Positions 16,590 to 27,906 of a DNA stretch of 53,959 nt are shown one piece after another. The translations under genes were made by a program, and so were the position numbers. The DNA lies in assembly GCA_944349535.1 (NCBI GenBank), contig CALVNA010000002.1, forward strand, positions 1 to 53,959, in the 5' to 3' direction. Below the pieces are notes generated by a model. It ran no database searches, was not told the origin of the DNA, and saw only the letters and a program-made list of their open reading frames with translations. The stretch is from an uncultured Clostridia bacterium (GTDB lineage: Bacteria > Bacillota > Clostridia > Christensenellales > UBA1242). Every line of letters begins with the position of its first letter. Position 1 is the first letter of the stretch.

Positions 16590-19076
16590 ATGCAGGAAAA
16601 TTTTGAACAAGAAAAGATGGACATAAAGTCAAGTGGAGTTGACCAGTGGGGATTTCCTAGTGGCAACGATTCTGATGATGGCAATGGCGAAAAAGGAATA
16701 ATATACAAAACAATCGATGAAGTTTTGCATGACTCTATGATACCTTACACCGAATGTGTTGTTATGGATAGAGCATTGCCTAGAGTTGAAGATGGGCTTA
16801 AGCCTGTGCAACGCAGAATTTTGTATTCAATGCTAGAACTTGGCATCACGCCTGACAAACCATACCGAAAAAGTGCAAGAATTGTGGGCGATTGTCTTGG
16901 TAAGTATCATCCACACGGCGACAGCTCAGTTTATGATGCAATGTGTCGTATGGCCCAAGACTATGTGCTTCGTGCTCCGCTTGTTGACGGACACGGCAAC
17001 TTCGGCTCTATTGACGGCGACAGCCCTGCAGCTATGCGATACACTGAAGCAAGACTCACTCCACTTGCCATGGAACTTATGAAAGATCTTGAAAAAGACA
17101 CGGTGCGATGGAGCTTAAACTTTGATGACACTTTGAAAGAGCCTGACATGATGCCTGGACGATTTCCAAACCTTCTTGTCAATGGGGCCTCAGGCATTGC
17201 GGTTGGTGTTGCAACAAACATCCCTTCGCATAACCTTGGTGAAGTGATTGATGGAGTTGTTGCTTATATTGACAATCCAAACATCAAACTTGAACAAATG
17301 ATGAAAATCATCAAAGCACCAGACTTTCCTACGGGCGGGCAAATTATTGATACAGCTGATGGGCTCAAGTTTGCCTATGCCACTGGCAAGGGTAAAATTT
17401 TGATTAGAGCAAAAGTTGAAGTGGAAAAACAGGGTGACAAAACCAGCCTTGTGATCACAGAGTTGCCTTATCAAGTCAACAAAGCCGTGCTGCTGCAAAA
17501 AATAGCAGAACTTAAAGAGCAAAATAAGGACAAGCTTGCTGCAATCAGTGAAATTCGGGATGAATCTGACCGAAGTGGTATGAGAGCTATCATCAAACTT
17601 AAAAAAGATGCCAATGTCAAGAAAATTTTGGAATATCTTTACAAGTCAACCAACCTTCAAATTTCCTATGCCATCAATATGGTTGCAATTGCTGGCGGAA
17701 AGCCAAAACTCATGGGTTTGCTTGAAATCATTTCTTATTATGCTCAATATCAACGAGAAATTATTGTCAGACGAACAAAATATGATCTCAACATGGCAAA
17801 AGACCGTGCCCATATTGTTGAAGGTCTTCTGATCGCCATCAAAAATATTGATGAAGTGATCAAAATCATCAAAAAATCAGCCACAACAAGTGAGGCAAAA
17901 CAAAAACTTAGAGAACGATTTAATTTGTCCGAAAAACAAGCGCAAGCAATTTTGGATATGCGTCTTGCAAGACTTGTGAATTTGGAAGTGAATAAGCTTG
18001 AAGAAGAACTCAAAATGCTTAAAGCTAAGATAAGCGAATATGAAAGAATTTTAGCTTCCAAAAAGGCGCAGTTTGATGTGGTTAAAAAGGAAATTTTGGA
18101 AATAAAACATAACTACGCAAACAAACGACGCTCCAAGATCTTAAAAGATGGCGAAGTTGCTGTTGTTGAGGTTTCAGACAAACCAGAAAATGATGCTAGC
18201 GATGTGGTGGTTGCTCTTTCTTGTGGCAGCACTATCAAAAGAATTTCGACAAAAAATTATTCAATGAGTCAGAAAGCTTTGTCAGACAATTCAACTATCA
18301 CCGATGTTCATTCTCAAGTGCTTAAAGTGCCATCAAATGAGCTGCTGTTTATTTTGACAAACAAAGGCAACTGCCTTAAAGTGCTTGCTGGCGACATCAA
18401 AGAGTGCAAATGGCGTGATAAAGGTCTTTCACTCAACCAAATTGATAAAAACATTTCACAAAATGAAATCCCTGTCAAAATTTTGACTATGCAAAAAGAT
18501 GCAAATGTCTTGTTTATGACAGAGCAGGGGATGATTAAAAAATCAAGCATCAACGACTTGGTGGTTTCAAAATCTGTTTATCAAGTTGTCAAAATAAATG
18601 ACGGCGACAAACTTATCAATGCTGAAATTGTCAAAAAAGACAAACCAATTTTAATGCTCTCATCTTTGGGTATGTCGCTTGCCTTCTCTTCTGACGAGGT
18701 GCCACTTCAAGGTCGAATTTCTGCCGGCGTGAAAGGCATTAATCTTGATGAAGGTGATAAAGTTGTGTTTGCAAGTCAAGTTGATTATGAAAGCGTTGTG
18801 GTCGTTTCAAGCAAAGGCTTTATCAAAAAGATCAAAACCTCTCAGTTTGCTCTTGGCTCGAGATACAGAAAGGGACTGAGATATATCAATCTTCAATCAC
18901 AACAATATGTAAGCTTTGTTTGTGCTGATCAAGGCAACAGTATTTTGGCTGTTGACTTTGGCTTGAAGATCTTGCCGCTTGAGACCAAAAAATTGCCTTT
19001 TAGTGACAGACTTTCTTCAGGCAACGAAATCATTAAGAAAAAGTTTTTCTCAATCAATAAATATAATTTGCAATAA
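16590..19076 (+). CDS. Type IIA DNA topoisomerase subunit A (GyrA/ParC family). No recognisable GyrA box, so it looks ParC-like
   Basis: [22 protein letters not shown] and [10 protein letters not shown] motifs. At the position of the GyrA box (QRRGGKG) the sequence reads SQKALSD. Confidence 0.9.
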   Translation: MQENFEQEKMDIKSSGVDQWGFPSGNDSDDGNGEKGIIYKTIDEVLHDSMIPYTECVVMDRALPRVEDGLKPVQRRILYSMLELGITPDKPYRKSARIVGDCLGKYHPHGDSSVYDAMCRMAQDYVLRAPLVDGHGNFGSIDGDSPAAMRYTEARLTPLAMELMKDLEKDTVRWSLNFDDTLKEPDMMPGRFPNLLVNGASGIAVGVATNIPSHNLGEVIDGVVAYIDNPNIKLEQMMKIIKAPDFPTGGQIIDTADGLKFAYATGKGKILIRAKVEVEKQGDKTSLVITELPYQVNKAVLLQKIAELKEQNKDKLAAISEIRDESDRSGMRAIIKLKKDANVKKILEYLYKSTNLQISYAINMVAIAGGKPKLMGLLEIISYYAQYQREIIVRRTKYDLNMAKDRAHIVEGLLIAIKNIDEVIKIIKKSATTSEAKQKLRERFNLSEKQAQAILDMRLARLVNLEVNKLEEELKMLKAKISEYERILASKKAQFDVVKKEILEIKHNYANKRRSKILKDGEVAVVEVSDKPENDASDVVVALSCGSTIKRISTKNYSMSQKALSDNSTITDVHSQVLKVPSNELLFILTNKGNCLKVLAGDIKECKWRDKGLSLNQIDKNISQNEIPVKILTMQKDANVLFMTEQGMIKKSSINDLVVSKSVYQVVKINDGDKLINAEIVKKDKPILMLSSLGMSLAFSSDEVPLQGRISAGVKGINLDEGDKVVFASQVDYESVVVVSSKGFIKKIKTSQFALGSRYRKGLRYINLQSQQYVSFVCADQGNSILAVDFGLKILPLETKKLPFSDRLSSGNEIIKKKFFSINKYNLQ

Positions 19077-19080
19077 TGTA

Positions 19081-19108
19081 AAGCCGAGCTTTTATGCTCG
19101 ACTTTTTT
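19081..19108 (+). terminator. Rho-independent terminator
   Basis: CGAGC-ttttat-GCTCG stem, extendable across one mismatch, followed by ACTTTTTT. Confidence 0.5.
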
Positions 19109-19407
19109 AAACAAAAGTTTCTCCTGTTGCCTTTTGGAAACTTTTTGTGAAAAAGAATTGTCTTTTTCTTGAAAAATTGCTAAAATAAAAGAGAAGTCAA
19201 ACACTTTGCTTGAAGAAGCTTATCAGCGCAAAGAATGTTTGGTTTGTTAAAAGGCTTTGAAATTTTTTAAGCAATAGGAATAAACACAAATCTCGCAAAT
19301 ATAATAGGAATAGATTTTCGACAAATTTTTGCTTTATTCAACAATAAGCAGCAAAATTCTGATTTGTTTAAATCTTGAAAAAATTTATTATTAAAAGTGA
19401 GGTTTGT

Positions 19408-20172
19408 ATGCCATTTTGTGTTATCAAATCGAGAACAATCAAAATCTTTCTTGCAATGGTGGTGGTTGCCGTTTTGCTGGCAGTATCCTTTGAGGGTGGT
19501 GCTGCGGCTCAGGTGTGGTTTGGTTACAGCACCAGACTTGTGCCTGTTTATCGTGTTGACACACAAGAAAAACAAGTTGCTATTTCTTTTGACGCTGCTT
19601 GGGGTGCTGATAAAACAAAGCAGATTATGCAAGTGCTGGAAGAGTGCAATGCTGGGGCAACATTTTTCTTGGTGGGCTTTTGGGTTGACAAATATCCTGA
19701 AATGGTCAAAGCAATCGATGAAGCCGGATTTGAAATAGGCACTCATTCCAACACACATCCAGATATGGCAAAGATCAGTCAAGAAAATATCGCCAAAGAA
19801 CTTGACATTTCTTCTGAAAAAATCAAGGCGATAACTGGCAAAGAGGTCTCACTTTTCAGACCACCTTATGGCTCGTATAACAACGACCTTATCAATGCGT
19901 GCAGCCAAAGAAATCTTATTCCAATTCAATGGGATGTTGATTCACTTGATTGGAAAGGACTGTCTGCAGTTGATATAACATCAAGAGTTGTTGATAAGGT
20001 GCAAAACGGTTCAATAATTTTGATGCACAACAATGCTGACAATGTTGTTGATGCTGTCAAAATGGTGCTTGAGAGATTGACAAATGAAGGATACAAAGTT
20101 ACTTCTGTCGGCGATTTAGTTTATCACTCAGATTATACGATTGACAGAAATGGAGTGCAGCACTCAAATTAA
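19408..20172 (+). CDS. Polysaccharide deacetylase (NodB homology domain) with an N-terminal membrane anchor
   Basis: ISFDAAWG, ATFFLVGFW, EIGTHSNTHP and RPPYG motifs. GTGAGG lies before the ATG at 19408; the track start at 19375 is a TTG. Confidence 0.85.
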   Translation: MPFCVIKSRTIKIFLAMVVVAVLLAVSFEGGAAAQVWFGYSTRLVPVYRVDTQEKQVAISFDAAWGADKTKQIMQVLEECNAGATFFLVGFWVDKYPEMVKAIDEAGFEIGTHSNTHPDMAKISQENIAKELDISSEKIKAITGKEVSLFRPPYGSYNNDLINACSQRNLIPIQWDVDSLDWKGLSAVDITSRVVDKVQNGSIILMHNNADNVVDAVKMVLERLTNEGYKVTSVGDLVYHSDYTIDRNGVQHSN

Positions 20173-20183
20173 AAGGAGAAATT

Positions 20184-20852
20184 ATGGAAAACACAACAGT
20201 ATTAAGCTTAGAAAACAACAGGGCACAAATATTTGGAGAAATATCTGACGACAAGATTGAAATTTTTGAAAGCAACGGAGAAACTTTTTATGAACTTAAA
20301 ATCAATGTTGCCAGATTGTCGGGAGTGGTTGACAAAATCCCAGTTACAATTTCAAAAAATCTAGTCGAAAGCCAAAGATTCGAGTTGAAAAAAGGCAACA
20401 AAATTGCTTTAGGTGGTGAATTTCGAAGCAGAAATTTTCAAGAAGATGGCAAAAGTCATTTGATTTTGACTCTTTTTGTAAAGGAATTTTTAATTGGCGA
20501 AAGCATTGATGAAAGAGAAACCAATAAAATCTTTTTAAGCGGATTTTTATGCAAAAAGCCATCATATCGAGATACTCCATTTGGCAGACAGATTTGTGAT
20601 ATTTTGCTGGCAGTCAATCGACCTCACAAGAAAAAATCTGATTATATTCCTTGCATAATTTGGGGCAGAAATGCTGTTTTTGTTAAAGATTTAGAAGTTG
20701 GAACAAAAATAAATTTGACAGGAAGAATTCAATCTCGAATCTACACCAAAAATCACGAAGATGGCACAACCACTGAGCATACAGCCTATGAAATTTCTGT
20801 CAACAACTTTAAAATTGAAAAGCAATCTGACGATGTGAAAGTTGAAGCATAA
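20184..20852 (+). CDS. SSB-like protein with two tandem OB folds
   Basis: Both halves fit the SSB OB pattern (N..L.G.....P.........f.l.v.r......D.i...iwg..a.....l..G..i.l.Gri.sr.y). There is no canonical acidic DDD(I/L)PF tip. Confidence 0.55.
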   Translation: MENTTVLSLENNRAQIFGEISDDKIEIFESNGETFYELKINVARLSGVVDKIPVTISKNLVESQRFELKKGNKIALGGEFRSRNFQEDGKSHLILTLFVKEFLIGESIDERETNKIFLSGFLCKKPSYRDTPFGRQICDILLAVNRPHKKKSDYIPCIIWGRNAVFVKDLEVGTKINLTGRIQSRIYTKNHEDGTTTEHTAYEISVNNFKIEKQSDDVKVEA

Positions 20853-20860
20853 CAAAAATA

Positions 20861-20887
20861 AAATGCGTTTGACCACGCATTTTTTTT
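20861..20887. terminator. Bidirectional rho-independent terminator
   Basis: AAATGCGT-ttgacc-ACGCATTT flanked by A and T runs, between convergent genes. Confidence 0.6.
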
Positions 20888-20890
20888 ATT

Positions 20891-21655
20891 TCAAATTTCT
20901 TCAGCTAAAACTTTTGCTTGCTGTAAAATTTCAAAATATCTATATTTTATAAGCGAAGACAGGGTTTGAGACGAACTGATTGTGATTCCGCTGCACAATC
21001 TCTGCAATGTGTCTGTTAATTTTTCCAGCGATTGTGTGAGCAATTTAAGTTTTTCATTTTCAACATCTCCAAACAAAAGTTTGTAGTCTGAAGCAATTGT
21101 GTTTATTGTTGAAAAAGCTGAATTGATTGCAAGCCGTGCAGAAATTTCGTTGTAAACATTTGTGTCAAGACTTAAAGCAATATCAAACAAAAGCTTATAG
21201 GCATTCTCATGAGCATTCAAAGCTTTTTGCAGCACTTTTTTCTCTTCGCTGTCAACAGTCAGACTGATTTGAAAAGAGGGGAGTTGATAGTCGATTAAAA
21301 GGCAATCTAGATTATGATTTTGTTTGATACTTTCTTGCACAAATATAGCATCAGAACTGTTTAAATATGCCGAGCTTGCAACATAAAAATAATTATCTTT
21401 TTCAAGCACAAAACCTCCAGCCCCTTTGGTGCGATAATCACTTGCAAGGCTTTCAGCACCAGCTTGAGTGAGCGAGCGATCAAAACAAATCACATAAACG
21501 CTAAGAGAGTTTGAAGAAATGGTTGTGGCAGACTTGTCTGTGCTTTTGATCAAAAGCGATGAAAGATAGTTTGCAAGAATAAGAATCGCAACTAAAAAAA
21601 GGCTAAGCCCGAGTGCAAGAAAACTTTTTTTGATTTTTTTTGCGTTTTTTGGCAT
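20891..21655 (-). CDS. Hypothetical membrane-anchored protein, possibly with a SPOR-like segment
   Basis: N-terminal transmembrane helix (FLALGLSLFLVAILILANYL). The segment YVICFDRS..AESLASDYRTKGAGGFVLEKDNYFYVASSAY loosely resembles a SPOR repeat. Confidence 0.55.
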   Translation of the reverse strand: MPKNAKKIKKSFLALGLSLFLVAILILANYLSSLLIKSTDKSATTISSNSLSVYVICFDRSLTQAGAESLASDYRTKGAGGFVLEKDNYFYVASSAYLNSSDAIFVQESIKQNHNLDCLLIDYQLPSFQISLTVDSEEKKVLQKALNAHENAYKLLFDIALSLDTNVYNEISARLAINSAFSTINTIASDYKLLFGDVENEKLKLLTQSLEKLTDTLQRLCSGITISSSQTLSSLIKYRYFEILQQAKVLAEEI

Positions 21656-21683
21656 AAAATGTTGACTTGCTCCTAAATATGTT

Positions 21684-21786
21684 TTATCACTTTAATGTAT
21701 GAGCAAATTTATCAATCTATGAAGGTTTTTTGCCTTTAAAATATTTTGAAAAAATTGATTTGTATCATATAATATAAAAGTGATAA
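21684..21786 (+). promoter_or_regulatory. 10-bp inverted repeat TTATCACTTT ... AAAGTGATAA bracketing the groES promoter; the arms are CIRCE-half-site-like
   Basis: The arms sit at 21684-21693 and 21777-21786, 83 bp apart. Each matches 7 of 9 positions of a CIRCE half site (TTAGCACTC / GAGTGCTAA). Confidence 0.4.
21746..21773 (+). promoter_or_regulatory. groESL promoter
   Basis: TTGAAA, a 16-nt spacer, then TATAAT. AAGGAG precedes the ATG at 21799. Confidence 0.5.
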
Positions 21787-21798
21787 GGAGAAAGAAAT

Positions 21799-23713
<1,915 letters not shown>

Positions 23714-23744
23714 AAAAGCTCGGGAAAATCATCCCGAGTTTTTT
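23714..23744 (+). terminator. Rho-independent terminator
   Basis: CTCGGGA-aaatca-TCCCGAG stem followed by TTTTTT. Confidence 0.7.
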
Positions 23745-23805
23745 ACAAAGATTTTCTATTTTTAAATTAAAGAATTTGTTTAAAAAAGACAGCATATTGA
23801 AAAAT

Positions 23806-24588
23806 TTAGTCAATATGTTTTTTTTCTGTTTTATAAAACATTTTCGTCAAAACTTTTAGAACCATTGATTTTGGAAAAAATTTTTGCACTTGATATAACA
23901 GCTTGTTGCGCATTCCCATCACATATTGCGGTTTAAGGCGTTTTTTTGCAATGATTTTGGTCAAAATTTTAATGGCTTTATCCAAAGGCATACGCTTGTC
24001 TTGTGCATTATCAATTTTTTCTGCAGAAAGTTTGATGGAATTTCCATAACGCTCATTTGTTTCAAAGTTTTTGACTCGGTTTTTGGTGAATTCTGTCTTT
24101 ATGTCGCAAGGACAGATTGCTGTAACCTGAATTTTTGTTTTGCACAGCTCCATTCTTAAGCAATCACTAAGCATACTGAGTGCAGCTTTGCTTGAGCAGT
24201 AAAAAGCGCGGAAAGGCAGGGGGAAAAGAGCACAGGCGGAAGAGATGTTGATTATTTTTCCGTTTTTGGACATAAGCGGTATGGCAAGTTGAAGGACAAA
24301 CGTTGCACCAATCACATTGACATCAAATTCTTGTCTTAGTTGTTCTTCTTCTGTCAGTTCGATTGCTCCTGAAAGACCAAATCCTGCATTGTTGATAAGA
24401 ATGTCGATTTTGCCAAATTGGTTTTTTATCTGACAAAAGACTTTTTCTAGTTCCTGTTTTTTTGCAACATCACATAAAAAGTCATCATTTGACCTGCTTA
24501 TCCCCACAACATTATGCCCCTGAGCTTTATAAAAATCTTTCAGGGCTTTTCCAATTCCGCTTGAAGAGCCAGTTATAACAATATTCAT
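23806..24588 (-). CDS. SDR family oxidoreductase
   Basis: MNIVITGSSSGIGKAL (TGxxxGxG), NNAG and YCSSK (YxxxK) motifs. GGGAGA lies before the ATG at 24588. Confidence 0.85.
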   Translation of the reverse strand: MNIVITGSSSGIGKALKDFYKAQGHNVVGISRSNDDFLCDVAKKQELEKVFCQIKNQFGKIDILINNAGFGLSGAIELTEEEQLRQEFDVNVIGATFVLQLAIPLMSKNGKIINISSACALFPLPFRAFYCSSKAALSMLSDCLRMELCKTKIQVTAICPCDIKTEFTKNRVKNFETNERYGNSIKLSAEKIDNAQDKRMPLDKAIKILTKIIAKKRLKPQYVMGMRNKLLYQVQKFFPKSMVLKVLTKMFYKTEKKHID

Positions 24589-24702
24589 CAAATTTCTCCC
24601 AATTCTTTTCTTGAATTTAGTATATACTAAAAGTGTAAAATCCCAAAATGATTTGACTATTTTGACAATTATCATTATACTAAAAATTGTAGAGGTGCAT
24701 AA

Positions 24703-25203
24703 ATGAACAAAACAAAGAAATGGCTTCTTATCTTTGCAACTATTTTTGTTATACTCGGAATAGGCTATGACATTTTTTATATAGTCAGTTATTTTATGAG
24801 CCCAGTATCTGCTCGTCCAGCATTATTTTATCTTATTTTTGAGTTCATTACTCTTGGTTTTATGATTTCCGTTGCAGTCATGATGATCTATGTTTTATGG
24901 GACAACGGGAAACATTTTAGAGAAAGATATCGCTATTTTGTAACTTCGCTGATTATTTCAATTTGTTTAAACTTATTTTCGGTTTCAACAATCTTAATGA
25001 TAATTTCAATCTATTTCAACGATTCTGTTTTTATCATGCCGGAAAGAAAAATGCAAGACCAAGCTGACAAAGATGTTGTGGACATCACTCCAGAAGGAGT
25101 GCCAAGTGAAAAAGAGATGAAAATCGAAGCTCTTCGCAATATGCTTAAGGAAGGCAAGATCACTCAGCAGCAGTTTGAAGAAGAGCTTGTGAAATTGTTA
25201 TAA
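24703..25203 (+). CDS. Membrane protein with a C-terminal SHOCT-like domain
   Basis: Four predicted transmembrane segments. The tail KIEALRNMLKEGKITQQQFEEELVKLL matches the SHOCT pattern. Confidence 0.6.
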   Translation: MNKTKKWLLIFATIFVILGIGYDIFYIVSYFMSPVSARPALFYLIFEFITLGFMISVAVMMIYVLWDNGKHFRERYRYFVTSLIISICLNLFSVSTILMIISIYFNDSVFIMPERKMQDQADKDVVDITPEGVPSEKEMKIEALRNMLKEGKITQQQFEEELVKLL

Positions 25204-25206
25204 AAC

Positions 25207-25236
25207 AAGGAAGAAATCAGTTTTTCTTCCTTTTTT
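25207..25236. terminator. Bidirectional hairpin overlapping the 3' end of tadA
   Basis: AAGGAAGAAA-tcagtt-TTTCTTCCTT followed by a T-run. Confidence 0.55.
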
Positions 25237-25666
25237 CTTGAAAAAATGTTGATAAAATTTGACTTATTTCTTTTTGGTATGTTTGGTCAAAAATTACTTT
25301 TGTGTGGTGGTTTAAACGATTGCTTTGCAATATTTTTTCGCACAAATTTTCATTCGATGATGTTTCTTTGCAGCCGTATGTTAGCTTTTCTATGCGTGCA
25401 TTGGCAATAGCTCCTGCACACATTGGGCAGGGCTCTAATGTAACATAAATCTGGCAACCATCAAGTCGCCATGACTTCAATTTTTTGCAGGCTTTGTCAA
25501 TAGCAATCACTTCAGCGTGTTTGAGAGCATTTTGACTTTTTTCACGACAGTTACAGCCGCGCGAGATGATTTTGCCATCCTTGACTATCACAGCACCAAT
25601 TGGCACTTCATCTTTTTCAAGGGCTTTATTTGCCTGCTTCATTGCCTCTTTCATAAAATCTGTCAT
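25217..25666 (-). CDS. tadA: tRNA adenosine(34) deaminase TadA
   Basis: HAEVIAI and PCPMCAGA zinc motifs; 149 aa. Confidence 0.9.
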   Translation of the reverse strand: MTDFMKEAMKQANKALEKDEVPIGAVIVKDGKIISRGCNCREKSQNALKHAEVIAIDKACKKLKSWRLDGCQIYVTLEPCPMCAGAIANARIEKLTYGCKETSSNENLCEKILQSNRLNHHTKVIFDQTYQKEISQILSTFFQEKRKKN

Positions 25667-25733
25667 ACTTTTATTTTAATAAAAAAGATTGTTAAAGTAA
25701 AGCGGTTTTGTTGTTTTTTTGGTTTCAGTAGTG

Positions 25734-25739
25734 TATAAT
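25734..25739 (+). promoter_or_regulatory. -10 box TATAAT lying 6 nt before the ATG at 25746; leaderless candidate
   Basis: The sequence reads GTGTATAAT-TGAAGA-ATG. No Shine-Dalgarno sits at a functional distance. Confidence 0.4.
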
Positions 25740-25745
25740 TGAAGA

Positions 25746-26699
25746 ATGGAAAAAGAAAAACAAATCTTTGACAAAAGAAATTTTTATACAGATGATGACA
25801 GCGGGAAGGTGTTTATTATAAGTTTGCTTGCGCCAATTCTTATCACACTTCTTTTTACCTTGCTTTATTCTGGTATTGCAGCTGCAATTGGTTATGATGC
25901 TGAAGAAGCAACTGGATCTGTCTGGTATAATGTGCTTGCGTCACTTGTTTCTTCGCTGACATTTGTCGGCATATATCTCATTTACAACAAAATGTATAAG
26001 ATTGACAACAGGACAGTAAATTTTGATTTCAAAATGGGCTGGAAAAATTATTTATTAGCAATCGCCATTGGAATAATAGTTTTGTTTGCACTGCAGCCGC
26101 TGATTTCAATGTTTGACAGACTTTGGATAACTCTTGGCTACACAATCAACGATCTTTCTATCAAAAATTTTGGAATGTTTGTTCTTTTCATATTTGTCAG
26201 TGCCGTTACTCCAGCCATTTGCGAAGAAATCATCTTTAGGGGAATGATTTTAAGTGGACTACGCACGAAATTCAACGACATTGTCAGTATATTGCTTTCA
26301 GCAGTGATGTTTGCTTTGATGCATAACAGCCTTCAACAATTTATTTATCCATTTTTGCTTGGTCTGATTCTTGGCTGGCTTTATCTTCGCACAGGTTCGA
26401 TCATTGCAAGCATACTGGCGCATTTTGCAAACAATTTCTTTGTTCTTCTCATCTCTTATCTTCAAACAACGACAGGTTTTTCGATGCTTTTGCCGATTGA
26501 GTGGTGGAGCGTTTTGCTTGCAATAATTTTGGCTGCTGTGGTATTTGTGATTGTGTTTTTGTTTGATAGGTTTGTTTTCAAACATCAAAGCAAATCAAAA
26601 GTTGAACGCACTCCAGGCAGGATTTCGCTGTTTCTTTGGGTGTCAATCGCTCTTGCTGGTTTGATCTTCCTTTTCAATCTTGTGGCTGCTTTTGTTTAA
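25746..26699 (+). CDS. CPBP family intramembrane glutamic endopeptidase (CAAX protease-like)
   Basis: EEIIFRG, FALMH and HFANN motifs in a polytopic membrane protein. Confidence 0.8.
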   Translation: MEKEKQIFDKRNFYTDDDSGKVFIISLLAPILITLLFTLLYSGIAAAIGYDAEEATGSVWYNVLASLVSSLTFVGIYLIYNKMYKIDNRTVNFDFKMGWKNYLLAIAIGIIVLFALQPLISMFDRLWITLGYTINDLSIKNFGMFVLFIFVSAVTPAICEEIIFRGMILSGLRTKFNDIVSILLSAVMFALMHNSLQQFIYPFLLGLILGWLYLRTGSIIASILAHFANNFFVLLISYLQTTTGFSMLLPIEWWSVLLAIILAAVVFVIVFLFDRFVFKHQSKSKVERTPGRISLFLWVSIALAGLIFLFNLVAAFV

Positions 26700-26760
26700 A
26701 ATAGTCATTTTATATCTTTGAAATAAATATTATACCTATGAAAGTGTATTCAGGAGTTTT

Positions 26761-27906
26761 ATGTCTTTAAAAAGCAAAGTTTCAACAAGTTCGCTTATCT
26801 GTTATTTTTTGATTGTGGTAGTTTTTGCCACCATTCGAATGTTATCGGCTTTCGGTGTTTTTGATGGCTTAAACGATAGCTTTGATTATTTTTTGAATAT
26901 AGTCATACAAGTATTTATCCTTTTTGCCATGTCGGTGCTGTTGTTTTCGGCATTTCAAAAAAATAAAGTCAAAGACACATTCAAGTTTTTTGGTTATAAA
27001 AAAATCAGTTTTAAAGCCGTGCTCATTTCAATTGGCATTGGCATAATTGTCTATTTTTTAAACATTTTTATCGCTTCCTTTTTTAATGCTATTTTGTCTT
27101 TGTTTGGTTACAGCTCATCTTCAACCACAACTTATTTAGATTCCTATCCTTTTTGGCTGTTTCTTGTCAATATTTTGATAACTGCTGTGCTGCCAGGCAT
27201 TTGCGAAGAAACGGCACATCGAGGGCTTCTTTTAAAAGGATTGTCTGGCTTTGGCGAGAAAAAAGCCCTTATCATTTCAGCACTGCTTTTTGGGCTTATG
27301 CACATGAATATTGAACAGTTTTTTTATGCCACACTAATCGGACTTTTGGTGGGCTATTTATCACTCATCTGTGATTCAATTTATCCAGCGATGATTGTGC
27401 ATTTTATGAACAATGCTCTTTCTGTGTTTGCTTCTTATTCATCGTTCAATAATCTTGGTTTTGAAAAAATCATTGGCGGTTTTAACGCGGCACTTCAAAT
27501 CAACTTTTTTTTAGGATTTTTGTTGATAGTCGTTTTCATGGTTTCTCTTTCATTTTTACTTTTTGCTCTTGTCAAACTTTTGTTTCGAGAAACAACAGTC
27601 AAAAATATGGCAAAGCTGCAGCAAACTCTTATAAAACAGATGCAAAAAGAAAATTATATAAAAGAGCTTGAATCAACCGCAAATGAGGGTGAGGCTCAAA
27701 CTGTTTCAGACTCAATTTCTTTTGAAGAATTTGACAAACTCTACAAAGAGCATAACAAAAAGATGGGATTGATGTCGAATTTAGAGCAAAATATGCTTTC
27801 TGTGCCAAATACAAAGATGAATGCTTTGCATAAGATCTTGTATGCAGGCATTTTGATTATCACTGTGGGAGTAACTATTTTCACATTTGTTTGGGGGATT
27901 TTGTGA
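26761..27906 (+). CDS. CPBP family intramembrane glutamic endopeptidase, second paralog, with a C-terminal extension
   Basis: EETAHRG, FGLMH and HFMNN motifs. AGGAG lies before the ATG. Confidence 0.8.
   Translation: MSLKSKVSTSSLICYFLIVVVFATIRMLSAFGVFDGLNDSFDYFLNIVIQVFILFAMSVLLFSAFQKNKVKDTFKFFGYKKISFKAVLISIGIGIIVYFLNIFIASFFNAILSLFGYSSSSTTTYLDSYPFWLFLVNILITAVLPGICEETAHRGLLLKGLSGFGEKKALIISALLFGLMHMNIEQFFYATLIGLLVGYLSLICDSIYPAMIVHFMNNALSVFASYSSFNNLGFEKIIGGFNAALQINFFLGFLLIVVFMVSLSFLLFALVKLLFRETTVKNMAKLQQTLIKQMQKENYIKELESTANEGEAQTVSDSISFEEFDKLYKEHNKKMGLMSNLEQNMLSVPNTKMNALHKILYAGILIITVGVTIFTFVWGIL

Noticed and set aside
16590-16720. The N-terminal extension of the topoisomerase A subunit, considered as an intein or fused domain
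   Set aside because: It is only about 40 aa, low-complexity and acidic, with no intein splice motifs (no Cys/Ser-...-HN junctions). I treat it as a disordered extension or a slightly upstream start choice.
19267-19782. A 171-aa minus-strand ORF overlapping the polysaccharide deacetylase gene and its upstream region
   Set aside because: It overlaps a gene with clear NodB motifs on the other strand. The product is Cys/His/Phe-rich with no recognisable features and no RBS, so it is probably spurious.
21656-21798. A canonical CIRCE (TTAGCACTC-N9-GAGTGCTAA) upstream of groES
   Set aside because: I looked for it explicitly and it is not present. Only widely spaced half-site-like arms exist, reported separately at low confidence.
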